A stretch of DNA of 64,000 bases from Acidobacteriota bacterium (GCA_023265365.1 JAHFTY010000001.1:3656-67655); one strand, 5' to 3'; counted from the stretch's first letter, positions 19,101 to 28,661 are shown. Notes: generated by a model from the letters alone, not told the origin. Made by a program: numbers and translations.

Positions 19101-20031
19101 CCGCTATCCGGAAGGCCTGAGAACCGTCGTCGCTGGAACTCTCGTCCTGCGCGGCTCGTGGGATGCCCCGCTTCTGGAGGGAAACCTGGAAATTCAAAGC
19201 ATGGCCTATCGCAGCAGCTTTGACGAGTTCCTCGCGATGTTCAGGACGGTGGGCCTGGATCAGGGTCCCTCGCCCTTTGGCCATGTGCGTCTTGCCGCGC
19301 ACGTCGAGGGTGGAAAGAACATCACCATACAAAATCAACTGGCGGACCTGCAGGCCCGCGTCGACCTCGATATCAAGGGAACGGTGGATCGGCCCGCACT
19401 GACCGGCCATGTCGAAGCGAGCGGCGGAACCCTGGCGTTCCAGGGAAAACGATATACGATCACCCGCGGCAACGTCGACTTCGTGGATCCATTGCGCATC
19501 GAACCGGTCGTCGATCTGCAGGCCGAAACGGAGTTGCGGGACTACCGCGTCATCCTCACCATCTCCGGACATAGCGATCGACTTCGACTCACCATGAGTT
19601 CCGATCCCCCGCTCCCTCAGTTGGACATTGTCAATCTGGTTGCCGGTGGGAAAACCCGCGAAGAACTGGCGGCCGGCGGGAATGCCGGCGCAACGAGTGA
19701 ACAGGTCTTCCAAGGACGCGCCTACTCCATCCTGACCGATCTTCTTCAGGAGAGAATCGGCGACAAGTTTGGAATCTCGAACTTTGCGAGGGTAAGGATC
19801 GATCCGTTCGTGGTCGGATCGCAGAATCAACGGTCGGCATGGCTCACGGTCGAAAAGCAGCTGACAAAGGACCTGTCCGTGACGTACTCGCAGGACCTGT
19901 CGTCTTCGAACAGACAACAGAACATCGTTCAAATCGAGTATTTCGTCAGCGGAAACACCTCCGTCATCGGCACCCGCGATGAAACGGGACAATACAGTCT
20001 CGACGTGAAGTTCCGTAAACGAATAAAGTAA
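16183..20031 (+). CDS. tamB: Translocation and assembly module protein TamB (AsmA/DUF490 family)
   Basis: A 1282-aa protein with an N-terminal TM anchor and beta-rich repetitive body. The conserved C-terminal DUF490 ends ...YSLDVKFRKRIK. It overlaps the upstream gene. Confidence 0.85.
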   Translation: MKFLTRRRAFILLSFALLMGLGLLAGLFIYIDSAAFKEDARRFVVREIQNRTGAAVSLKRFDWSLRNRRFELTELILRGLEPRTGPPLAFFPEIRVGLNLRSLLQRRLNLYELTLRNPEFYVVVDAQGKTNFPTPPARGPRQSFDFAMTIDNFRIVEGAAAVNERRVAVELALSNVASEMSYRSATEVLSSHLHYDGQFVRMGRAAIPYTFDADLDYTRGTLLARRIDLTSAASAVRLQGRINDLLQKTRLGRLEYTGNVDSPFLNHFFPKEQFSGKATVAGTLEFSEGYFFTNGNAAADSINFDNWIATGLRSEYNYRYPDKRLAIRNLRADLAGGKAAGDVTIENIPGDSRVNLEIDYSRVDAAALARAYPWDPKYRVYSRLDGTLRGWFEGRIERYDFSGKAVFTPYSPPNVAGIVALPLEGTSGYEVRPGRALVTDSDVRFKSTRIKANGLIHQKASDLKVEVESTDLRDAWFIYGDANGSGSFSGTLTGPIQWPILNGDFSLRNHVYQKRWTVEHSAGHVRLDTLTQAADLRSVRIFQGRSEIEVTGTTELDGSPADLRIQAVRVYGEDLKPFVDRQIAGQMSGNLRLTSFSPMRVEGDLRAAGLQVDRRDVGNAQGRIRYVEPVIEVESASIVRNGSTLSGNLTFNRATEALKFAARVTSVDFDSIRWIGLPEALKGTMSQADLQGNGTLKQPNVRGTGTIQNLALKTLAFPVVRVDVTSDGSTIHTTINAARNLNLVARINTAEPTLPFSAEASFTEYSLEQLAGLSRGSLHATGTAAISGLLKDTSSIHGQGRIEAADAVIEGRRLRAGKPFTFDFNSDHLTLSQVTLSGDLTELSLAGTIGLTDKATLNLNVRGRLDLALLGATNPDLVSGGSVTLDGQVRGTAQNPDLRGIAHFANASFSKRGTFTSLSDLSGDLFFDENRITLNDMGGRMGGGTVRLQGNAVLRETQIQAMNIRIDTNDVRIRYPEGLRTVVAGTLVLRGSWDAPLLEGNLEIQSMAYRSSFDEFLAMFRTVGLDQGPSPFGHVRLAAHVEGGKNITIQNQLADLQARVDLDIKGTVDRPALTGHVEASGGTLAFQGKRYTITRGNVDFVDPLRIEPVVDLQAETELRDYRVILTISGHSDRLRLTMSSDPPLPQLDIVNLVAGGKTREELAAGGNAGATSEQVFQGRAYSILTDLLQERIGDKFGISNFARVRIDPFVVGSQNQRSAWLTVEKQLTKDLSVTYSQDLSSSNRQQNIVQIEYFVSGNTSVIGTRDETGQYSLDVKFRKRIK

Positions 20032-20043
20032 GCGCCGGCCGGG

Positions 20044-20430
20044 TCAGTCCAGAACCGCGATCACGTCAATTTCGACATCGACGTCCTTCGGCAGCCGCGC
20101 CACCTCGACGGTCGACCGGGCCGGCGGATTGATCTTGAAGAATTCGGCATAAACCGCATTCATTCGTGCAAAGGAGTTCATATCCTTCAGATACACCGTC
20201 GTCTTCACAACGTTGTCGAGCGACGCACCGCCTGCCGAGAGAATGCCTTCCAGATTCATGAGCGCGCGGCGGGTCTGCGCCTCGATGCTTCTGTCGTCGA
20301 TAAGGTTTCCGGTTGCGGGATCGAGGGGAACCTGCCCCGAGATGAACATCAGATTGCCTGAGATGATGGCCTGGGAGTACGGGCCGATCGCCGAAGGGCC
20401 CAGCGTGGTGCTGACGACTTTTTTTGCCAT
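20044..20430 (-). CDS. ridA: RidA family reactive enamine/imine deaminase (YjgF/TdcF)
   Basis: A 128-aa protein with the typical YjgF motifs (GPYSQA, ARSTVEV). Confidence 0.85.
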   Translation of the reverse strand: MAKKVVSTTLGPSAIGPYSQAIISGNLMFISGQVPLDPATGNLIDDRSIEAQTRRALMNLEGILSAGGASLDNVVKTTVYLKDMNSFARMNAVYAEFFKINPPARSTVEVARLPKDVDVEIDVIAVLD

Positions 20431-20436
20431 GATGAT

Positions 20437-22620
20437 TTACCGGTTGGTTGATGAGTTGACGGTTCGCGTGGAACGCGTGACGTCGTAAACGCCGTCGAGT
20501 TTCTTGATGGAAGCGATCACACGCTCAAGGTGCTTCATATCGGGAATTTCGACCGTGATGTCAATCGTGCCGCGCTCGTCGGCCGTACGCGCCTCGACGT
20601 TCAGGATGTTCGACTTCACTTCGGCGACGACGGCCGCGATTTCCGCAAGCATCCCGGGCCTGTCCTCGGTCTGAATGGTGATCGGAACGGCATAGGCTTC
20701 AGCGGAGGGCGTGGAGCTTGCCCACTCGACTTCGATTTTGCGCGCCGCATCATAAAGCAGGTTCTGCACATTAGGGCAATTCTTCGAATGGACCGCGACC
20801 CCTTTGCCGCGGGTAATGTAGCCGATCACCTCTTCGCCTCGGATCGGATTGCAGCATTTGGCGCGATAGACGAGAAGATCGTCGAATCCCTTGACTCGCA
20901 GCTTGGCGTCGTTTCCGAATCCAAGCGCACGCTTGACCGCGGAGGCGATCCGCGATTCTTCTTCAGGCTGCGTTTCCTTCACGCCATCAGGCGTAATCCG
21001 CGAAACCAACTGCTTCGCCGACAGCTTCCCGTAGCCGATCATCGACAGCAAATCGTCCATCTTGCTCGCGCCGTACTCGGGAAGCATGGCGGTCAGTTTT
21101 TCGCTTTCGAGAACATCGCGGAGGTTGGTTTTGTATTTGCGCGCCTCCTTCTCGAGCATCTTTTTGCCGAGTTCGATGGCTTTCTCGCTTTCCTGGACGT
21201 TCAGCCAATGGCGGATCTTGTTGCGCGCCCGTGACGTCTTGACGGTCATCAGCCAGTCGCGGCTCGGGGTGTGACCGGGCTGGGTGATGATCTCGATGAT
21301 ATCGCCGTTCTTGAGCTTCGATTTGAGCGGCACCATCCTGCCGTTGATCTTCGCGCCGACACACGTATTTCCAACTTCGGTATGAATCGAATATGCGAAA
21401 TCGACGGGCGTCGCATCGCGAGGAAGAGTGACGACTTTTCCTTTCGGAGTGAAGATGTAAACCTCCTCGGGATAAAGATCGACTTTCAGCGTGCTCAGGA
21501 AATCCGCCGGGTCTTTCATTTCCTGCTGCCACTCGACCAGATGCCGCAACCAGATGATTCGTTCATCCTCGCGGTTGTCCGCGACGAGTTTGCCGCCCTT
21601 GTACTTCCAGTGCGCCGCGATACCTTCCTCGGCGATGTGGTGCATTTCGGCAGTACGGATCTGCACCTCAAAAGACTGGCCGCCGGCGATCACCGAGGTA
21701 TGCAGCGACTGATACATGTTTTGGCGGGGCATGGCAATGAAGTCTTTGATGCGGCCCGGTACGGGGCGCCAGCTGTTGTGGATCACCCCAAGCGCGGCGT
21801 AGCAGTTCTTCACGTTGTCCGTGATGATGCGGACCGCAAGCATATCGTAGACGCGGTCGATGGTGATTCTCTGCTTCTTGAGCTTCGTGTAGATGGAGTA
21901 GAGACGCTTGATGCGGGAGTCGGTGAAACAGGGGATCCCGTGTTCACGCATTTTGTCTTCGATGTCTTTCGTCACTTCCGCCAGAAAGGCTTCGTGTTCG
22001 CGCCTTTTCCGTTCCACCTGCTCCTTGAGTTCCTGGTAGGCCTTCGGATCGAGATAGCTGAACGCCAGATCTTCAAGCTCGCCACGGACCTTGCCCATAC
22101 CCAGACGATTCGCGAGCGGCGCGTAAATATCCATCGTTTCGCGGGCGATCGCTTCGCGCCGGTCCGCTTTCAGGTGTTGAAGCGTACGCATGTTGTGGAG
22201 CCGGTCCGCGAATTTGACCATGATCACCCGGATGTCGTCGGTCATGGCCAGGAGCATTTTCCGAAAATTCTCCGCCTGTTTTTCTTCCTTGGAAGTGAAC
22301 TGGATCTGGCTGATCTTGGTGACGCCGTCGACGACGTGGGCGACTTCGGAGCCGAACATGCCCTCGACATCCTCGATCGATACGAGCGTGTCCTCGACAA
22401 CGTCGTGAAGCAGTCCGACACTGACCGTCGTCGCGTCCATCTTCATCTCGGCAAGAATGTTGGCGACCTCGATGGGATGGGTGAGGTACGGCTCGCCCGA
22501 GGCGCGCACCTGACCTTTGTGTTCCTTGGCGGAGAAGATGTAGGCGCGCCGGATAAGATCGAAGTTGTCACCGGGATGGTGCTTTTCGACCTTGGCGAGG
22601 ATGTCTTCGAGGCGGATCAT
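20437..22620 (-). CDS. spoT: Bifunctional (p)ppGpp synthetase/hydrolase RelA/SpoT
   Basis: Contains an HD hydrolase domain (HDVVEDT), a synthetase domain, and TGS and ACT domains. Confidence 0.9.
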   Translation of the reverse strand: MIRLEDILAKVEKHHPGDNFDLIRRAYIFSAKEHKGQVRASGEPYLTHPIEVANILAEMKMDATTVSVGLLHDVVEDTLVSIEDVEGMFGSEVAHVVDGVTKISQIQFTSKEEKQAENFRKMLLAMTDDIRVIMVKFADRLHNMRTLQHLKADRREAIARETMDIYAPLANRLGMGKVRGELEDLAFSYLDPKAYQELKEQVERKRREHEAFLAEVTKDIEDKMREHGIPCFTDSRIKRLYSIYTKLKKQRITIDRVYDMLAVRIITDNVKNCYAALGVIHNSWRPVPGRIKDFIAMPRQNMYQSLHTSVIAGGQSFEVQIRTAEMHHIAEEGIAAHWKYKGGKLVADNREDERIIWLRHLVEWQQEMKDPADFLSTLKVDLYPEEVYIFTPKGKVVTLPRDATPVDFAYSIHTEVGNTCVGAKINGRMVPLKSKLKNGDIIEIITQPGHTPSRDWLMTVKTSRARNKIRHWLNVQESEKAIELGKKMLEKEARKYKTNLRDVLESEKLTAMLPEYGASKMDDLLSMIGYGKLSAKQLVSRITPDGVKETQPEEESRIASAVKRALGFGNDAKLRVKGFDDLLVYRAKCCNPIRGEEVIGYITRGKGVAVHSKNCPNVQNLLYDAARKIEVEWASSTPSAEAYAVPITIQTEDRPGMLAEIAAVVAEVKSNILNVEARTADERGTIDITVEIPDMKHLERVIASIKKLDGVYDVTRSTRTVNSSTNR

Positions 22621-22640
22621 GAGCTGTAATTATAGGTCGA

Positions 22641-22678
22641 AAAATAAAAAGGCCTTCGGACCTAAATCCGAAGGCCTC
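22641..22678 (-). terminator. Rho-independent terminator for the tonB-exbBD-TPR operon
   Basis: A perfect 9-10 bp GC-rich inverted repeat (ggccttcgg / ccgaaggcc) with an 8-nt loop. On the minus strand it is followed by TTTTATTTT, 17 nt after the TPR gene stop. Confidence 0.6.
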
Positions 22679-22693
22679 AGGAAATCGAAGGAG

Positions 22694-23437
22694 TTATTTT
22701 TTTCCGTCCACGGTAATGCCCTGGGCTGCCTTGTTTTTCTTCTCCTGGTTGATTTTACGGGTCTCGAGTGCCCTATTGAAGAGCTCGTCCGCCTGCGAGA
22801 TGAGCGCGGCTTTCTGGGCTTCATCTTCAGTCAGGCGAGCCTTCTCGCGAAGAAGAAGATTTTTGTAACTCATGGCGTCGTCGTACTCGGAATTGATCGT
22901 CAGTGCCTTGTCGAGCATCGCGATTCCCTCGTCGACGAGTTTGACCTGCTCTTCGACGGGCGGCGGGTTCGCCTTGTCGAAAACCCGGATCCAGTTGACC
23001 GAACCGACCGCGTAGAACGGAATCGGGTTGGTCGGATCGAGCTCGGAGTGCCTCACATAGTAGTCGTGAGCCTTCTGATACTGCCCGGTGTTCTGGTGAA
23101 TGAAAGCCAGGCCGGCGACGGCGCTCACGTTCTGGGGTTCTCTTGCCAGAATGCTTTCGAACGTCTTGATGGCGAGATCGGCCTGTTTCATGTTCTCCGG
23201 GGAGAGCGAACCGGGAACGAACTGTTGCGAGTAGGCCGTCGCGAGGTAAAGCTCGGCCATCGTCAAGTTCGGATCCAGGCTCATCGCCTCTTTGAAGTGG
23301 TTGATGGCGTCTTCGTACTTGGCATTCTTGAACGCCGTTTGACCTTTGATCAGGTGGTCGCGGGCCTGCAGTTTGGCGCAGCTCACGGAGCCCAGAGCCA
23401 GCATTGCCACGAAGGCGAATGTCGTAAATTTCTTCAT
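22694..23437 (-). CDS. TPR-repeat lipoprotein (last gene of TonB-ExbBD cluster)
   Basis: Lipoprotein signal (LALGSVSC) followed by TPR repeats. Confidence 0.7.
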   Translation of the reverse strand: MKKFTTFAFVAMLALGSVSCAKLQARDHLIKGQTAFKNAKYEDAINHFKEAMSLDPNLTMAELYLATAYSQQFVPGSLSPENMKQADLAIKTFESILAREPQNVSAVAGLAFIHQNTGQYQKAHDYYVRHSELDPTNPIPFYAVGSVNWIRVFDKANPPPVEEQVKLVDEGIAMLDKALTINSEYDDAMSYKNLLLREKARLTEDEAQKAALISQADELFNRALETRKINQEKKNKAAQGITVDGKK

Positions 23438-23454
23438 TGATTGCCTCCTTGACT

Positions 23455-23883
23455 CTACTGAGCCTTGATCTGTTCGGTCATGAGACCGACTTTGTCCACT
23501 CCGGCGCCCTTGGCGATGTCGATGATTTCGATGACATCGTTGAACAGAAGTTCCGGGTCACCGTTGACGAACATCGTGCGGTCGTTCCGGGTCTTGAAGA
23601 TCTCCTGCAACTTCGGTCCGAGTCCTCGCAGCTCCACTTCGTCCTGATTGACTTTGAGAGCGCCGGACTTGTCCCGGGTCACAACGATCGTCTTGTTCAG
23701 CTCGTCCGGCGGCGGCGGCGGGGTGCCCGGCGGCGGCGGCTGGGGAATCGCGGCGTCCAGCCCTTTCGGCGTCAACGGCGTGATCGTCATGAAGATGACG
23801 AGCAGCACCAGAAGAATGTCGATAAAGGGAGTGACGTTGATGTCCCCTTTTGGACCGATCTTCTTTCTTGCCTTCTTACTCAT
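23455..23883 (-). CDS. exbD: Biopolymer transport protein ExbD/TolR
   Basis: Single N-terminal TM, an INVTPFIDILLVLLVIFM motif, and 142 aa in length. Confidence 0.85.
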   Translation of the reverse strand: MSKKARKKIGPKGDINVTPFIDILLVLLVIFMTITPLTPKGLDAAIPQPPPPGTPPPPPDELNKTIVVTRDKSGALKVNQDEVELRGLGPKLQEIFKTRNDRTMFVNGDPELLFNDVIEIIDIAKGAGVDKVGLMTEQIKAQ

Positions 23884-23892
23884 CGGTCCTCC

Positions 23893-24327
23893 TTACTGGC
23901 GCACCGCGTCGTCGAGGCGTTCGGTCAGAAGACCGACCTTGTCGACTCCGGCGTTGCGGATCAAATCAACCACTTGCACGACGTCGCCGTACCTGGCCCG
24001 GAAATCGCTCTTGACGAAAACGGTCTTATCCATTTTCTGCGAGAGCTGATCGTTCACTTTCGTGGCGAGTTCGTCGATTCCGACCTTTGTCTGATTCAGA
24101 TAGAACTTGCCATCGCGTGTCACCGCTACAAGGACCGCGTCATCGTGATCGGCGTCGGGCATGTTGGTCGGATTGTGCGTCTTGGCCAGTTCCACGCTGG
24201 TGCCCTTCTGTAACATAGGAGTAACCACCATGAAAATGATCAGAAGGACAAGCATCACGTCCGCCATCGGCGTGACGTTGATCTCGGAGGTAACTTCTCC
24301 TCTACCTGCGCTTGATCCCATTCCCAT
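23893..24327 (-). CDS. exbD: Biopolymer transport protein ExbD/TolR (second copy)
   Basis: INVTPMADVMLVLLIIFMV motif. A tandem paralog of the previous gene. Confidence 0.85.
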   Translation of the reverse strand: MGMGSSAGRGEVTSEINVTPMADVMLVLLIIFMVVTPMLQKGTSVELAKTHNPTNMPDADHDDAVLVAVTRDGKFYLNQTKVGIDELATKVNDQLSQKMDKTVFVKSDFRARYGDVVQVVDLIRNAGVDKVGLLTERLDDAVRQ

Positions 24328-24331
24328 GGGT

Positions 24332-25057
24332 TTACCTCTTTCCGCCCTTGGTGCTGTTCTGTTTGATGAAGTAGTCGATCAATTCCGACGAAGAGTTTGT
24401 CATTTCGATCGAGAACGCTTCGACCTTGTTCGTGAAGTAGTTGTAAGCCCACACGGCAGGCACGGCCACGAACAGACCGAAGGCGGTCGTCACGAGCGCT
24501 TCCGAAATACCACCGGCAACCGCGGACAAGCCGGCCGTTTTTTCGGACGACATGCCTTTGAATGCGTTGATGATACCGACCGTGGTTCCGAACAGACCCA
24601 CGAATGGAGCGGTCGCACCGATCGTCGCAAGACCCGACAGTCCACGCTTCAACTCGGCATTCACGATCGCTTCAGCGCGTTCGCAGGCGCGGCGTGAAGA
24701 TTCGATGGTCTCACCGGCGAGCTCCTGAGACACATTGTGCGCGCGGAACTCCTGAAGTCCGGCTTCCACAACTTTCGCCAGGTGGCTCTTCTTGTTCTGC
24801 TCGGCAACGCTGATGGCTTCCTCGATTTTGCCTTCCTTCAGGCATCCGGCAACGGCAGGAGCGAATTCACGCGACTGCTTGCGGGCGGCGCTGAACGCAA
24901 TGTAGCGATCGATCATGACGCCGATCGACCACGCGGAAAGGACGGCCAGAAGGACAACCACGGATCGCGCCGCGAAACCCATCTGCGTCCACATCGAACG
25001 AAGGTCAAAACCGACTTCCTGAAGAAGCATCATTCCAAGAAAATTCAATTGGTACAT
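24332..25057 (-). CDS. exbB: MotA/TolQ/ExbB proton channel protein
   Basis: Three TMs and the conserved GLFGTTVGIINAF...LVTTAFGLFVAVPAV motifs. Confidence 0.9.
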   Translation of the reverse strand: MYQLNFLGMMLLQEVGFDLRSMWTQMGFAARSVVVLLAVLSAWSIGVMIDRYIAFSAARKQSREFAPAVAGCLKEGKIEEAISVAEQNKKSHLAKVVEAGLQEFRAHNVSQELAGETIESSRRACERAEAIVNAELKRGLSGLATIGATAPFVGLFGTTVGIINAFKGMSSEKTAGLSAVAGGISEALVTTAFGLFVAVPAVWAYNYFTNKVEAFSIEMTNSSSELIDYFIKQNSTKGGKR

Positions 25058-25135
25058 ACGATCAAAGTCCTCCTAAATCCTGTCTCAGCAGGTTTCCATA
25101 AAAATTCGAAATCTGTGTGCTGCTCTTCCTAAGGC

Positions 25136-25891
25136 TTATTGCTGGAAGGCAAAGTTCACGGTCACCGTTGTCACAACTTCGACGGGCTCACCATTCAACA
25201 ACGTTGGCTTGTATTTCCACTGGCTGACAGCGTCGATTGCCGCTTGCTGCAACAGGGGGTGACCATTGATCACCTTGATTTCACTCACGGCACCGTCCTT
25301 ACCAATGACGGCTTCAAGAATCACGACGCCCTGAATACGCGCCTGCTTGGCCAACGGCGGATAGACCGGTTTGACCTGAGAAAGCAACATCGCCTGCTGG
25401 ACGTTTCCGCCCTGACGAATTCTCTGCGGCGGCGGCGGCGGCGGTGGCGGCGGTGGCGGCGGCGGCGGCGCAGCTGCGTCATCCGATGCCTTCAACACTC
25501 CACCCAGAACTCCGGACAACACGTTGCCGCGAGCTGTTCCCCCAACGACACCGACGGCGGACGGCGGCGGACCCTCATCCACGACGATTCGAATGTCCTT
25601 TGGAATTTCGGTCGGAGCGACCATCGTCCCCGGATCGATCTGGACTTGTTTAATAACGACAGGCTGTGGTGCCACTTCAGATGGCGGCGGCGGCGGCGGC
25701 GGCGGTGGTGGTGGCGGCGCTACCAGAAACGTCATCAACTGTTGAGTGGGCAGCGCAGCGTCGATCGTAAGAAGCGGAATCAAAACCAGAACGACGATAA
25801 GTACAACGTGGACGATTGCCGAAACAATCACCGTCGTGCCTTTCTTCGTTTTAGCCTGACCGCCGGATTCAATTAAGGAATCCTCAAACAT
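25136..25891 (-). CDS. tonB: Energy transducer TonB (two poly-proline tracts, C-terminal TonB domain)
   Basis: N-terminal TM, then P12 and P16 tracts, then a TonB C-terminal domain (VKPVYPPLAKQARIQGVVILEAVIGKDGAV). Confidence 0.8.
   Translation of the reverse strand: MFEDSLIESGGQAKTKKGTTVIVSAIVHVVLIVVLVLIPLLTIDAALPTQQLMTFLVAPPPPPPPPPPPPSEVAPQPVVIKQVQIDPGTMVAPTEIPKDIRIVVDEGPPPSAVGVVGGTARGNVLSGVLGGVLKASDDAAAPPPPPPPPPPPPPPQRIRQGGNVQQAMLLSQVKPVYPPLAKQARIQGVVILEAVIGKDGAVSEIKVINGHPLLQQAAIDAVSQWKYKPTLLNGEPVEVVTTVTVNFAFQQ
25426..25470. repeat. (GGC)n simple sequence repeat encoding polyproline (within tonB)
   Basis: A roughly 45-nt run of GGC/GGT triplets on the plus strand, equivalent to CCG/CCA (Pro) codons on the coding strand. 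Confidence 0.7.
25683..25720. repeat. (GGC)n simple sequence repeat encoding second polyproline tract (within tonB)
   Basis: A roughly 38-nt GGC/GGT triplet run. Confidence 0.7.
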
Positions 25892-26094
25892 TGCTACCTC
25901 CCTTCCTGACTCGAAAAAACCTGAAACTTGGACTCCGAACGCCCGATCCTACGCGACCCGTGGGCGGCGGAAGGAAACCTTAAAATGCCATCTCATCTGT
26001 ACTTAAGTTGTTATGCAAAGGCAGGCATTCGTAAACAGGATCGAGACTTATATCAACGCCTAGCCTAAGTGTCAACAGCAGATCGCGCTTCGGC

Positions 26095-27039
26095 TCACTT
26101 CGCTTTTGCGGGCTTCGGGATCTTTGCTGTAGACACCGCTTGCTTCGCAATTGTTCCCTTCAAATTCGAATAAATGAGGACAAGCGGCGAAGCGATGGCG
26201 ATGGACGAATAGGTTCCAATGATGATGCCGATCACCATCGCAAACGCAAAATGGTTGATGATCTCGCCTCCGAAAATGAACAGCGCCAGAACCGTCAGGA
26301 ACGTAAGGCCCGATGTCAGAATCGTGCGGCTCAGCGTCTGATTGATGCTGTCGTTCATCACCGACTCCAGACTGTCGCGGCGGCGGATCTTCAAATTCTC
26401 ACGCACCCGGTCGAAAACCACGATCGTATCGTTCACCGAATAACCAACCAACGTCAGAAGCGCGGCGATCACGGTCAGGTTGATCTCGCGATTGAACAGC
26501 GAGAACATGCCCAGAGTGACCAGCGTGTCGTGGAAGACTGCGAATACGGCCGCTGCTCCATAGATCCATTCGAAACGGAAGGCGATGTAAACGAGAATCC
26601 CACCCAGGGCATACAGGGTTGCCATCACGGCCTGCCGCCTCAAATCGGCTCCGACCTTTGGACCGACCGACTGAGCGCTCAGGATCTGAAACTTCCCGGC
26701 GAAGTTCTTGTTCAACGCCTGGGTAATCGCCTCACGGCCCTGGCTGGCGTCGGCTGAGGCGTCCCCGCCTCCCTGATAATCGATCAGGAAGTCGTTCTGG
26801 CCGTTCAACAATTCCTGGATATCCGCGTTCGGCACGGCCGCACGCACTTTGGCGGTGTCCGTCTTCTCGTTGAAACGGACCTTCACGATGGTGCCGCCCT
26901 TGAAATCGACGCCATAGCGAAACTGGCCGTGAACCAGGAGGGATATGAGACCAATCGCGATCAGCAGCGTGGTAATGCCGAAGAAGATCTTCCGCTTCCC
27001 GAGCCAGTCGATATTAATGTTTCCGAATAATTCCACCAT
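26095..27039 (-). CDS. secF: Protein-export membrane protein SecF
   Basis: SecF family motifs (GVDFKGGT, six TMs). Confidence 0.9.
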   Translation of the reverse strand: MVELFGNINIDWLGKRKIFFGITTLLIAIGLISLLVHGQFRYGVDFKGGTIVKVRFNEKTDTAKVRAAVPNADIQELLNGQNDFLIDYQGGGDASADASQGREAITQALNKNFAGKFQILSAQSVGPKVGADLRRQAVMATLYALGGILVYIAFRFEWIYGAAAVFAVFHDTLVTLGMFSLFNREINLTVIAALLTLVGYSVNDTIVVFDRVRENLKIRRRDSLESVMNDSINQTLSRTILTSGLTFLTVLALFIFGGEIINHFAFAMVIGIIIGTYSSIAIASPLVLIYSNLKGTIAKQAVSTAKIPKPAKAK

Positions 27040-27060
27040 ATTAGTGACACCAATCTTCTT

Positions 27061-28656
27061 CTAAATACTGAGCGGTTCTTCCCGTTGATGGCGCGCAAGA
27101 ACCATGTCAAACAAGGTCCTCGACACAAACACTGCCGTGAACATGTTGGAGATGAGACCGATGACGAGCGTAACCGCAAATCCCTTGACCGGACCTGTTC
27201 CGAACAGAAAAAGGAAGGTTGCCGAAATCAATGCGGCAAGGTGCGTGTCGACCAGCGTGATGAACACGCGCGCAAAACTCGTGGTGACGGCAGAGACCGG
27301 CGTTTTGCCGGCGCGTAATTCTTCGCGTATGCGCTCGAAAATCAGCACGTTTGAATCGATGCCGACGCCGATCGTCAGGATGACGCCCGCGATTCCCGGC
27401 AGTGTGAGCGCGGCGCCAAAGTACGCCAACGCGCCGAAAAGGATGACCAGGTTCAAAATCATCGCGATCGTGGCATTGACGCCCGACAGACGGTAATAAA
27501 ACAACATGAACACGACCACCGAAGCCAAAGCGACGATGGAGGCCATCAGCCCCGCACGGATGGAGTCCGCGCCCAGAGTCGGACCGACGACTTCTTCGTC
27601 GAGGTACTTAATGGATGCCGGAAGCGCCCCCGATCGAAGAATCAAAGAAAGGTCCTGGGCTTCCTGCGGCGCAAAACCGCCGGCGCCGCCCGTAATGATT
27701 CCCGAATCGGTGATCCTGCTATTGATGACGGGCGCGGACTGGATGCGCTGGTCCAGGACGATCGCCAGGCGCTTGCCGATATTCTGCTCGGTCAGCCGTC
27801 CGAATTTCTGCGACCCGTCCGCCGTGAGATTGAAGCTGACTGCCGGCCGGCCGTTTTCATCGCGCGACGGGAAGGCCCCTTTGAGGTCCCGGCCCGTCAC
27901 AGGCGCCACCCGCTGAACGACGTAATACGAGTCGCTGGTCTCGCCGGCTCCACGTTCGCGCGAGACGATCATCTCAAGGTTCGAAGGAATGATTCCGCCA
28001 TACTGCTGGGCCGCTGCGGCCTGGTTGGGAAACGGACCCGAATCCACCATCTTGAGTTCGAGAAGAGCGGTGGACTGCATGATGCTCTTCACGCGTGCGG
28101 GATCGTCAATGCCCGGCAACTGAACGACGATCTCATCCGCCCCAGTGTGCTTCTGAATGATGATTTCGCCCACACCCATCTGATCAATGCGGTTTCGAAT
28201 CGTATTGATCGCCTGATCCACGGCCTGGTCTCGAATCGTCTGTCCCGACTGCGGCTTCAACTGGACCGTGTACGTATTCGGCAACTCGCCCGCGGTGGAA
28301 ACGATGTCCCATTCGGGCAGTCGATCGGTAATGGTGCGGCGGAAGTCCGAGTCCTTGTTGGAATCCACGCCGACCGCCTGGAACTTTCCGCTTTCCAGGC
28401 GCGTCAACTGGCGGAACACGATGTTGCCGCTTTGAAGATTTGTCCGCACAGTCTCGATGGCCTGATCGGTCTCGGCTCGAATTGCGTCGTCCGTGACGAC
28501 CTGCAGCACCAGATGCGTGCCTCCCCGGAGATCCAGACCAAGTCGAATTCGTTCTCGCATCTTGGCGAGGCTTGGTGGAAATCCGGCGAACAGACTGACG
28601 GAAAGGACGGTCACGGCGACGATGACGATCAGACGATTACGAATCTTGTTGTTCAT
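27061..28656 (-). CDS. secD: Protein-export membrane protein SecD
   Basis: SecD family protein with a large periplasmic domain and a GLDLRGGTHL motif. Confidence 0.9.
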   Translation of the reverse strand: MNNKIRNRLIVIVAVTVLSVSLFAGFPPSLAKMRERIRLGLDLRGGTHLVLQVVTDDAIRAETDQAIETVRTNLQSGNIVFRQLTRLESGKFQAVGVDSNKDSDFRRTITDRLPEWDIVSTAGELPNTYTVQLKPQSGQTIRDQAVDQAINTIRNRIDQMGVGEIIIQKHTGADEIVVQLPGIDDPARVKSIMQSTALLELKMVDSGPFPNQAAAAQQYGGIIPSNLEMIVSRERGAGETSDSYYVVQRVAPVTGRDLKGAFPSRDENGRPAVSFNLTADGSQKFGRLTEQNIGKRLAIVLDQRIQSAPVINSRITDSGIITGGAGGFAPQEAQDLSLILRSGALPASIKYLDEEVVGPTLGADSIRAGLMASIVALASVVVFMLFYYRLSGVNATIAMILNLVILFGALAYFGAALTLPGIAGVILTIGVGIDSNVLIFERIREELRAGKTPVSAVTTSFARVFITLVDTHLAALISATFLFLFGTGPVKGFAVTLVIGLISNMFTAVFVSRTLFDMVLARHQREEPLSI

Positions 28657-28661
28657 AAAAC

